29,977 nt of DNA, taken from the IMG/VR virus record IMGVR_UViG_3300030376_008155, positions 1 to 29,977 of that record. One strand, 5' to 3'. The position numbers were made by a program, and so were the translations under genes. This DNA is from a virus. Lineage: Duplodnaviria > Caudoviricetes. The first letter of the stretch is position 1. Each line of letters opens with the position of its first letter. This document shows, piece by piece, positions 1-8,184 of the stretch. The notes beneath the pieces were generated by a model. That model was given only the letters and a program-made list of their open reading frames with translations. It was not told the DNA's origin and did not search any database.

Positions 1-1209
1 AGAAGCAGTAGATGTACTTGTTATTCTACCCTTAGCATCAATTGTTAGAATAGGTATCGCACTTCCAGATCCAACTGTACCTGCAGATACACCTGAGTTT
101 GCAAGAGTAGCTGAACCTGTTACGTTAGCTGTTCCATTGAAATGTGATGATGTCCATGTAACATCACCTGTCATACCAATAGTTCTGCCAGTTTCTAATT
201 GAGTAGCAGTAGCAGCATTACCTGTTGTATCTTGGTTAAGAGTCGCAACTACAAAATCAAGAGTATTATCTGAGTCCTCATTAGTTTCTGTGTTACTAGC
301 AACCATCGCTCCAATTGTGTCAGCGATGTACTCATTCAATGCTGTACCATTGACAGTATATGCATCTGCCTCACAAGTTCCATCTATATCTGCAGGACCA
401 GAAATATCTAAGCTACCTGCTGAAACTTCATTGATACCACTTATATTTGTTGAACCATCACCAATAATATTTCCATTATGAGTCGTATTACTAGTGAATG
501 TGGCACTACCAGAAACATCTAAACTACCACTTGCTGTTATAGTTGTAGCAGAAACTGGACCTACAAGATTAGCATTAACTCTTGTACATGTTAGAGCATT
601 TGTAGATGGATTGTATGACAATCCTGTATCTGTTTCTAATCCTTGTGTGCCTGTAGCACCATCTACAAAGACTGGATATACAGTTTCATCTGTACTGTTG
701 TTAGCACTAATAGTAGCGTTTGTTGCTTCTGTTGCTAATGCTACTGCAATATTACCTGTACCATCAAAAGATGTTCCACCGATTGTCCTTGCGGTAGCAA
801 GTGCAGTTGCTGTAGCAGCGTTACCAGTACAAGACCCAGATGAACCTGATGTGTTACCAGTTACGTTACCAGTGAGAGCACCAGTGAATGATGTTGCAAC
901 AGCTGTGCCTGTTATATTGATACCAGTTGAAGTAGTTTCAAATTTTTGCCCATCTGTCCCATGATATAATCTACAAACACCTTCTGAAAATATTGCTATG
1001 GATCTGGTGTTACCCGCATCCTTGATGCCAAGTTGATTAGTCCAAAAATGAGTTGGACCTGCACCAGACTCTTTGAAGTAAGTCGCACCACCAGAATCAT
1101 GGTATATCTCAAAATCATTTCCAACCCCAAACTTCAGTGAGTCATTATCGCCAAGACTTACGTTATTTGCGAAAGTAGCGTTACCTGTAACTGTGATATC
1201 TCCACCTAC
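1..1209 (-). CDS. Continuation of tail fibre protein in a shifted frame (partial, runs off window; no start codon of its own)
   Basis: Hand translation: the minus frame is open from 1209 to 1 (VGGDITVTGNATFANNVSLGDNDSLKFGVGNDFEIYHD...KFETTSTGINITG...LTGNVTGN...GSAIPILTIDAKGRITSTSTAS). TAG at 1212-1210 bounds it upstream. The motifs are typical cyanophage fibre motifs and continue the 798-aa ORF. Confidence 0.85.
13..109. repeat. Direct repeat copy 1 (encodes SGVSAGTVGSxxAIPILTIDAKGRITST)
   Basis: Near-identical to 1268-1364; offset 1255 nt. Confidence 0.9.
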
Positions 1210-3577
1210 CTACTGCAACTGATCCACCACCGTTAGAGATTGTTGTACTATCAATTGCTGTAGTAGTTGTACTTGTTATTCTACCTTTAGCATCAATTGT
1301 TAGAATAGGAATTGCAGTAGATGATCCAACAGTACCTGCAGATACACCTGACGCTGCAAGAGTAATTGCACCACTAGCACTAGCAGTAGCATCTCCAGAT
1401 GCAGAAGACCAAATATATTTCTTTATTCTAGTACCAGTAGTCTTTCTATTAGTACCACCTGCACCGTCATCTACTATGAATAGATCGGCATCAACTAGGT
1501 CAGCACCTATATCTGTACCACCATCTATCTCTAAAGAAGCAAGATCAACTTTACCTGCTGTACTAATAGTATTTAATTTCGAATCTGCAATAGATCCTGC
1601 AAGTTGTGCATTGGTTATAGTACCAGTTAGACTAGAAGTAGGATAACCAGTAGCATCTTGAAGATCAAATGCAGGAGTTGCATCTGAAGCACCTAGTGCT
1701 AAACTTATACCACCATAAGATACTGTGCTATTTGCTAAGTAACCATTTGCAATTGCAGTTCCCTGCCAAACACCAGTAGCAATAGTACCAAGAGTTGTTA
1801 GTGAACTGTTTACAACACCTGAGCCTAGTGTAGTAGCACTTAGAACCGATGTGTTATTGATTTTATATACTTTACCACTTGCAGCGTTGATATTCTGGTT
1901 AGAACCCCAGTTATCACCTGTTGCTTCAAAGTTCCATGTCTTATCTCCATCTCCACTGTCTACCGTCAAACCACCACCATCAGCAACCGAGTCATCAGCA
2001 GATCCAGTAGCAACTTGGAAATTTTTATCAGCAATAGTAACTGTGGTAGAGTTGACAGTATTGGTTGTACCATTTACAGTGAAGTTACCTGAAACCGTTA
2101 GGTTATCAGCAACTGCTACTGTGCCTCCAGCAGAATCAAGTGTTAGGTTACCTGAAGAAGTAGATACTGTGTTACCATTTACTGTAACATTATCAACTAC
2201 AGCATCTCCTACGACAGTTAGAGTTCCAGCAACGTCAGTTGTGTCTAGTGTTGTATCTCCGTCTACGTCTAAGTTTCCATTAGCATCAATGTTACCTGCT
2301 ATTACTAAATTAGATGCCATATCAACAGCACCATCAATGTCAACGACATCTAGATTTGCTGTGCCATCTACATCCAAGTCTCCGTTGAAGTCAACGTTAC
2401 CACTTGCTGATATAGTTGTAAAAGCACCTGTGCTTGCAGAGTTAGCACCGATTGTAGCACCGTCAACAGTACCACCGTTTATATCTGCTGTATCTGCTAC
2501 AAGTGAATCAATGTTAGCAGTACCATCTATCCATAAATCTTGCCACTCTAATGAAGTTGATCCTAAATCGCTAGTACCATCAGCAATAGGAAGTAAATCA
2601 CTATCAAATCTACCTGTTACAGTAACACTATCAGTTGTAGCATTACCTAAGTTGACATCTCCATTTGCATCGAGTTGTCCAGCTAGGGTTGTTGTACCTG
2701 TGACTCCCAGTGTAGATGAGAATGTAGCACCTTCTGCAACTGTTAGTCCATCAAGAGTTGTTGCTCCGTCTACATCTAATGTTGATGAGAATGAAGCACC
2801 TTCTGCTACTGTCAATCCATCAAGTGTGGTTGCTCCGTCTACATCAAATGTTCCTGTGACTGAACCGTTACCACTAACTGTTAGGTTTGAACTAGCAGCA
2901 ACTGTTGTGAATGAACCTGCAGCTGCAGTTGATCCACCAATAACTACGTTGTCTGCTGTTCCACCGTTTATGTCTGCTGTGTCTGCTACTAATGAGTCAA
3001 TGTTAGCAGTTCCATCAATATATAAATCTCTGTACTCTAATGCAGATGTACCTAAATCGATTGCTCCGTCACTTGCAGGAACAAGAGCAGCATCAAATCT
3101 AGCTGTAGGAGTTATAGTATCACTGGTTGCATCACCTAAGTCTATCGTACCATTTAATACTGTGTTACCAGTAACAGTAAGGTTACCTGTAATGGCTGCA
3201 GCATCATCAATCGTAACTGTTCCACCAGCAGAATCAATAGTTAGATTTCCACTTGCAGTATCTATCTCATTATCACCAGTTACCCCTATTTGAATATTAT
3301 CAATCGTTGCACCACCGTTTGCATCTAACGCTCCAGTGACTGTGGCGATTCCTGCGACATTTATATTCCTATCAACCCTTATATCTGTAACAGTACTCAC
3401 TCCTGTTACCTTTGAGTTGACTGCTGTCATCTCATCGTAAGTTATATCCCCGTCTACATCTAATTTTCCATGAATTCTAACGTCAGACGCAAAGGTTGAG
3501 ATACCAACAAAAGTTGATATTCCAGCGATAGTCTGAGTCAGTCCACCTACCTTGGATAGCTCTCTTCCTCTTGACAT
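1181..3577 (-). CDS. Tail fibre protein, N-terminal part (apparently frameshifted at about 1206-1213)
   Basis: 798-aa G/T/D/S/V-rich ORF with fibre repeats (LDVDG, GNLTVSG, NSTTVTIADKNF, LTIDAKGRIT). The last residues RWRYHSYR break the composition. A late promoter lies upstream. Confidence 0.8.
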   Translation of the reverse strand: MSRGRELSKVGGLTQTIAGISTFVGISTFASDVRIHGKLDVDGDITYDEMTAVNSKVTGVSTVTDIRVDRNINVAGIATVTGALDANGGATIDNIQIGVTGDNEIDTASGNLTIDSAGGTVTIDDAAAITGNLTVTGNTVLNGTIDLGDATSDTITPTARFDAALVPASDGAIDLGTSALEYRDLYIDGTANIDSLVADTADINGGTADNVVIGGSTAAAGSFTTVAASSNLTVSGNGSVTGTFDVDGATTLDGLTVAEGASFSSTLDVDGATTLDGLTVAEGATFSSTLGVTGTTTLAGQLDANGDVNLGNATTDSVTVTGRFDSDLLPIADGTSDLGSTSLEWQDLWIDGTANIDSLVADTADINGGTVDGATIGANSASTGAFTTISASGNVDFNGDLDVDGTANLDVVDIDGAVDMASNLVIAGNIDANGNLDVDGDTTLDTTDVAGTLTVVGDAVVDNVTVNGNTVSTSSGNLTLDSAGGTVAVADNLTVSGNFTVNGTTNTVNSTTVTIADKNFQVATGSADDSVADGGGLTVDSGDGDKTWNFEATGDNWGSNQNINAASGKVYKINNTSVLSATTLGSGVVNSSLTTLGTIATGVWQGTAIANGYLANSTVSYGGISLALGASDATPAFDLQDATGYPTSSLTGTITNAQLAGSIADSKLNTISTAGKVDLASLEIDGGTDIGADLVDADLFIVDDGAGGTNRKTTGTRIKKYIWSSASGDATASASGAITLAASGVSAGTVGSSTAIPILTIDAKGRITSTTTTAIDSTTISNGGGSVAVGRWRYHSYR
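1268..1364. repeat. Direct repeat copy 2
   Basis: tgtacttgttattctacc.ttagcatcaattgttagaatagg...gatccaac.gtacctgcagatacacctga...gcaagagta is shared with 13-109. Confidence 0.9.
2715..2845. repeat. 69-nt tandem duplication (DVDGATTLDGLTVAEGA[S/T]FSSTL x2)
   Basis: Copies at 2715-2776 and 2784-2845 differ almost only at synonymous sites. Confidence 0.9.
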
Positions 3578-3606
3578 AACGGGTATTTTAGAATCCTAAT
3601 CTTTTA

Positions 3607-3614
3607 TATTTATA
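3607..3614 (-). promoter_or_regulatory. T4-type late promoter (gp55 sigma) TATAAATA
   Basis: Exact consensus about 30 nt upstream of the ATG at 3577; it overlaps the stop of the preceding gene. Confidence 0.85.
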
Positions 3615-5433
3615 CTTCCGTCAGGTTGATTTTGTATTTCTTACCTGTCCTGTTGTTCAGCATGTATATATTTTCCTCACCTTCTTGAAGAGTCCAGTCA
3701 CCCCAAGTACCATCAACTGAGTTTGGATTCTCTGCATTATTAGAGAAATGCATATCACAAGCGTATATATTAGCAAACCCAAGAGTAGATGAACCTAAGT
3801 TTCTAGTATCATCAGTATCTGGTAAAAGATCACCCTTCAAAGTAACGTTAGTAACTGATATACTTGGATCACCACTTATACCAGTAGCAGCACCAGCAAA
3901 TGTTGCTGCTGTTAATGTATTTGTTCCTGGATTGTATGTGAGATCAGTATCAGTTCTTACAGCTTCAACACCTGAATTCGAATCAGCAAACAGCATATAA
4001 TGCGTAGCATTTGTAGTATTAGTTGCTGTAAGATCAACTGTAGATGTGGTTACATTATTGAGTGATGATCCATCTATATTTGGTAGTGTTCCTGTTAATT
4101 GAGCAGCAGGTATACTAGTTAACAAACTACCATCACCAGAGAATTTAGTAGCAGTAAGTACTCCAGCACTAGAATTATATGTCAATCCTGTACTTGTTTT
4201 GACTGGCTGTTTACCTGTTGGATTAGTTGCAAATAATATACTACATGTTGTATCTGATGTCTCAGCAACCAGATCAACCTGACTTGATGAACCAGTTAGA
4301 TCACCTGTTACGTTACCAGTAACATTACCAGTAACATTACCAGTAACATTACCAGTAAGGTTTCCAGTTACATCACCAGTTAAGTCACCAGTAAATCCTG
4401 AACCTCCTGCGGGAGCCACGAACCCACCAGCAGCAGTTGCTATACCAGTAACGTTGATGTTAGTACCACTAAAGAATGCTATAGTACTAATACCTGCAGA
4501 GTTTAAATCTCCAACAAAACCAAATGAACCAGCAGGAGCTCTGAATCCAGAAGAAGTTGTTATAATACCAGTAGCATTTATTGTAGTTGCTTTCAGCTCA
4601 GTAACAGTAGAAATTCCAGCGTTGAAATCACCTGTCAAATCTCCAGTTACATTACCAGTTACATTACCACTATGAGTTCCATTAGTATCTCCTGTTACAT
4701 TACCTGTTACATTACCTGTTACATTACCTGTAAGATTTCCATCAAATACTGGAGCAGAAGCAATACCTGTAACATTCAGATACTCCATATGACCAGTTGG
4801 TCTTATAGATGCTATACCTGAAGAAGGTTCTGTTATAGTAAGACCATAACCAATACGTATAATACCTACATCTTGAAGTGAAGCAGCACCAGAATCTGTT
4901 TGAAAATCTGTCTTAGAATCAGCTGATGAGAAGACTGATACAATACCAGAGCTAAACTGTCCTGTAGGTATCTCTACAAAGGATAAACCTGCACCTACTC
5001 GGAAAGTTGTAACACCTGTAACTCTTTCAAATGCGTTTGCATCTTGTATATTAAGTGTTGACTTATTGATTGTAACCGTAGATATAGCAACCTCTACACC
5101 TGCACCTGCAGAAACTTTTGCTTCTTCTACAGTTACACCATTACCTTTGAAGTTGATTGTGGTAGTAGATCCACCATAACCTGTTGGAGTAACACCTTGA
5201 TCTTGTACTGTTATACCATCAACAGCACCTGATGCTCCTCCTGAGCCTGCTGCCCAAAATCTTTTTCCGTTTACATCACCATGTAATACGTAATCATTGT
5301 TGGACGGTAAACCTAAATTAGGTTCTACCTCTTCCAGACCTAAAAAGGACGGAAATCCATTTGTCTGTTGTCTGTCTGTGCCTAAACCAGAGTAACTGGT
5401 TACACCGACTCTGCCTGAAAGAAGTCTTGCCAT
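3610..5433 (-). CDS. Tail fibre-like virion protein
   Basis: 607 aa with (L/V)TGN tetrapeptide runs, GIST motifs and LTYNxxxxxLTA modules. The C-terminus NSVDGTWGDWTLQEGEENIYMLNNRTGKKYKINL is of a type common in cyanophage fibres. Confidence 0.75.
   Translation of the reverse strand: MARLLSGRVGVTSYSGLGTDRQQTNGFPSFLGLEEVEPNLGLPSNNDYVLHGDVNGKRFWAAGSGGASGAVDGITVQDQGVTPTGYGGSTTTINFKGNGVTVEEAKVSAGAGVEVAISTVTINKSTLNIQDANAFERVTGVTTFRVGAGLSFVEIPTGQFSSGIVSVFSSADSKTDFQTDSGAASLQDVGIIRIGYGLTITEPSSGIASIRPTGHMEYLNVTGIASAPVFDGNLTGNVTGNVTGNVTGDTNGTHSGNVTGNVTGDLTGDFNAGISTVTELKATTINATGIITTSSGFRAPAGSFGFVGDLNSAGISTIAFFSGTNINVTGIATAAGGFVAPAGGSGFTGDLTGDVTGNLTGNVTGNVTGNVTGNVTGDLTGSSSQVDLVAETSDTTCSILFATNPTGKQPVKTSTGLTYNSSAGVLTATKFSGDGSLLTSIPAAQLTGTLPNIDGSSLNNVTTSTVDLTATNTTNATHYMLFADSNSGVEAVRTDTDLTYNPGTNTLTAATFAGAATGISGDPSISVTNVTLKGDLLPDTDDTRNLGSSTLGFANIYACDMHFSNNAENPNSVDGTWGDWTLQEGEENIYMLNNRTGKKYKINLTEV
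4313..4358. repeat. 12-nt tandem repeat (ttaccagtaaca), 3 perfect copies plus 10 nt
   Basis: Read directly; encodes VTGN repeats. Confidence 0.9.
4643..4731. repeat. 12-nt tandem repeats: (ccagttacatta)x2 at 4643-4666 and (cctgttacatta)x3 at 4691-4726
   Basis: Read directly; encodes VTGN repeats. Confidence 0.85.
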
Positions 5434-5772
5434 TTACTTAGCGTTCTCCAATACACTAACGATGCATTTCTGTGTGTTTAAGAAATCACCTTTGATCTTT
5501 AGAATGTCACCTGTTTCTAATACAAGTCTACCATCAAGGAATGACATAGCATCTTGATGAGGAACACGTCCTAGTTCTATTATTGGTGTATCAACAGAAT
5601 TTCTGCTATGATACACACTGAAAGATGTTACTGAGGAACTTGTTCCTACGTTTGCAACGTTGCCATAAATGACTAGCGAAGAAACTCCAGCAGGGCAAGT
5701 GTAAATGCCGACTGAACTAGTAGTCAGCGTGTGAGTAACAGTTTTAAATTTATTAAGTGGAATCGCAGCCAT
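5434..5772 (-). CDS. Small conserved phage virion/fibre-associated protein
   Basis: 112 aa with GGAGGT SD upstream; abuts both neighbours. Motifs IYTCPAG and GRLVLETGDILKI are typical of small beta-sandwich phage proteins found beside fibre genes. Confidence 0.8.
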   Translation of the reverse strand: MAAIPLNKFKTVTHTLTTSSVGIYTCPAGVSSLVIYGNVANVGTSSSVTSFSVYHSRNSVDTPIIELGRVPHQDAMSFLDGRLVLETGDILKIKGDFLNTQKCIVSVLENAK

Positions 5773-5774
5773 TT

Positions 5775-8150
5775 TTATAAGTTACCTCCAATTGCTATGA
5801 TGAGTGGTGTTAGTTGGGCTTGGATACTTTTGTTGAAGGCATCACCAGTAATAGTACCAGTCTGTTGGTTGATAATGAAATTATCACCAACTTTGAGGTT
5901 GCCTCTTTCATCCGTAGATGTATAGACTACCTTACCTCCATCCTCAGATACCGCTTGATTTTCTGGGATTGTAACGCCACCCTTATTAGGAAGAGCAGAG
6001 TTGATTGCTAAACCTGCACCAACATATTCAAAAGTATATGATGAAGCAAGTATTAGTGATTGTTTAGCGAATGGAACTGTAGATCCAACACCAACAACAG
6101 CAGGTAAAGTCTGATCAATAGTGATAGTAGAAACGCCAGCCGTAACTGGTGTTGCACTATTTATAGTGTAATAACGTGGCGAAAGATTAGCAGTTGCAGT
6201 TGCAGTGACTCCAGATGTCGGAGCAGCAATCGTAACTGTCGGTGCTGACCTGTACTGGGAACCAGTAGCAAACATATTTACAGCAGTAACAGAACCAAAT
6301 CCACTTATAACAGCAACACCTTCAGCACTAATACCACCTGGTCCAGATGGATCACCGACAGTAACTAATGGTGGATTGGTTGAAGTATATCCAGATCCAG
6401 CATTAGTAACTGTTGTACTTATTACTTCATTGAATAGTTCGCCAAGATAGAATGCTTGACCAGTAAAAGGTCTTCCAGTTAGACCAGAAACAACAACTTG
6501 ATTATCTTCAGCAATTCCTGCGACAGCAACAGCACCTGTTTGATGAACAGTACCAACACCTGATGCTATAAGACCATAAGTACCGAATGATGCGTTAGAG
6601 TTGTTGACATCACACTGACCACCTGATACACAAGTGATAGCAGACTCATCACATACAGTGAAGATAGAAACTAACTGAGCATATCCATCATTGGATATAG
6701 TAACACCAATACCACCTTGGTTATACTGAGTATATGAGTCAACAACCATTGACTTGATACCTTCAGCATGATTACCATCTATCCTCATTCCAACTGAATT
6801 AGGAACAAAGTTAGTACAGTTCCTAACGTAAGGTGATTGAGTAACAGCAATACCAATTCTTGCACCAGTACCAGCATCACCAACATTTACAGTAAATGTA
6901 TTTGTTGTATATGCTGTAATAGCAGTCATAATACCTGCTACTGGATCAGATGCTCTAGGATATGCATGTTCTGTACCGTGCAGATCCTTCTCACATGTCA
7001 TCTTGAAGGATGATGTCTTTATACCAACAGTATTACTTGTAGTAAGACCGTGAGATGCTTTAGTAAATGTTGTTACACCTGAAGTAGGATCATAATCAAT
7101 AGCAGTTGGAGTAACTGATGCTCCAGTATGCCAGGTAGGTCCAACCTTTACAGCATCAGTAGCACCATATCCACTTACAAACTTATGGCGATTGACCATA
7201 CCTCCTGGTGGGAAGCATATCATCGCACCTGTATTTGCAGCACCAACGAAAGATAAATTCTGTATCAATACACCGTTGGTTACTTCAAATAAATCTTTTC
7301 CAGCATTTGATGGAATAACCTGTGTGTTTCTTAGATCATCTCCATCTATAGTAACATTACGTGGAACAAATACTGGGTTATTCTCAGTGTATATGCCACC
7401 AGAAACTCGTATAACATCACCTGACTTTGCTTGTAAACAAGCAGCTTCAATTGTTCTCTTTGCAGTTTTTAATGTGAATCCATCATCGTTATTATTACCA
7501 TCTACATTTACATGTAAAATATTAGAAACACTAGCACCTGCTCCTACCCATACCAATTCACCTGAATCACTAGCAGCAAGAATACTCTTACCAACACCAA
7601 CAGTACCAGAAGAGTCAAGGAATGTGCCACCTATTTGTACTAAACCATTAGAAGTATCACCAGGAGCTCTTACTACTTGGAGAAGATACTCAGGAAGTGT
7701 ACTACCAATACCTACTCGCTTATTGGTAGGATCATATACAAAATTTGTAGCACCTTGGAATTTACCATTAGATGCTTTCTTAAACTGTACTGTATTATTA
7801 CCATCAGCAGCAAGTGTATGAATTTCTGCCTCATCTGCCCAATCAACACCAGTAGCAGTAGCTACTAATGCCTGACCAGCAGTACCAGATGAAGTGTTTT
7901 CATCATAGAATTTACCTGTAAATCTAGCCTCACCTCTTACATCGAGATCCTTAGATGGTTGGGTAGAGCCAATACCCACCTGACCAGCAGCTACGATACC
8001 ATCAAAATTTGCCGTTGTTGCTACGTCAAGACCATATTTGGGATCGGTTTTACCAATACCCGCCTTGTTAGAATCGGCATCAACAACCAGAGCCTGATCG
8101 CCTACTTCTAAGCCTTTTTCGACAGCAAACTTCTTATTTACTGATGCCAT
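5775..8150 (-). CDS. Virion structural protein / tailspike-like with probable pectin-lyase-like beta-helix
   Basis: 791 aa with AAGGAG SD. Contains VGIGST repeats, HVNVDGNNNDDG...KRTIEAA...GDVIRVSGGIYTE (beta-helix N-cap-type motif), SPYVRNCT, GSGY modules and TFEYVGAG. Confidence 0.75.
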   Translation of the reverse strand: MASVNKKFAVEKGLEVGDQALVVDADSNKAGIGKTDPKYGLDVATTANFDGIVAAGQVGIGSTQPSKDLDVRGEARFTGKFYDENTSSGTAGQALVATATGVDWADEAEIHTLAADGNNTVQFKKASNGKFQGATNFVYDPTNKRVGIGSTLPEYLLQVVRAPGDTSNGLVQIGGTFLDSSGTVGVGKSILAASDSGELVWVGAGASVSNILHVNVDGNNNDDGFTLKTAKRTIEAACLQAKSGDVIRVSGGIYTENNPVFVPRNVTIDGDDLRNTQVIPSNAGKDLFEVTNGVLIQNLSFVGAANTGAMICFPPGGMVNRHKFVSGYGATDAVKVGPTWHTGASVTPTAIDYDPTSGVTTFTKASHGLTTSNTVGIKTSSFKMTCEKDLHGTEHAYPRASDPVAGIMTAITAYTTNTFTVNVGDAGTGARIGIAVTQSPYVRNCTNFVPNSVGMRIDGNHAEGIKSMVVDSYTQYNQGGIGVTISNDGYAQLVSIFTVCDESAITCVSGGQCDVNNSNASFGTYGLIASGVGTVHQTGAVAVAGIAEDNQVVVSGLTGRPFTGQAFYLGELFNEVISTTVTNAGSGYTSTNPPLVTVGDPSGPGGISAEGVAVISGFGSVTAVNMFATGSQYRSAPTVTIAAPTSGVTATATANLSPRYYTINSATPVTAGVSTITIDQTLPAVVGVGSTVPFAKQSLILASSYTFEYVGAGLAINSALPNKGGVTIPENQAVSEDGGKVVYTSTDERGNLKVGDNFIINQQTGTITGDAFNKSIQAQLTPLIIAIGGNL

Positions 8151-8176
8151 TTATTCAGTATACTCCTTAGTACTTT

Positions 8177-8184
8177 TATTTATC
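8177..8184 (-). promoter_or_regulatory. Late promoter GATAAATA
   Basis: NATAAATA about 27 nt upstream of the ATG at 8150, in a short intergenic gap. Confidence 0.75.

Noticed and set aside
935-975. Suspected second frameshift in the 1-1209 frame
   Set aside because: Careful re-reading shows the frame is continuous (LYHGTDGQKFETTSTG).
13-1364. Repeat pairs (also 16470-17326) considered as DGR template/variable repeats or invertible segments
   Set aside because: Differences are not adenine-specific, both copies are coding and directly oriented, and no reverse transcriptase or invertase is present in the window.
1851-3293. 480-aa plus-strand ORF, and other antisense ORFs such as 494-964, 7192-7821, 8610-8972, 17366-17809 and 24447-24845
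   Set aside because: These are shadows of minus-strand genes with strong codon bias. They are P/S/V/T-rich mirror translations with no recognisable motifs.
4313-4731. Short regular repeats considered as a CRISPR-like array
   Set aside because: They are tandem, lack unique spacers, and encode VTGN in frame.
6158-6165. Perfect TATAAATA on the minus strand inside the 791-aa gene
   Set aside because: It lies in coding sequence (T-I-N-S) about 390 nt from the next start. Chance occurrence is plausible in AT-rich DNA, so it cannot be supported without TSS data.
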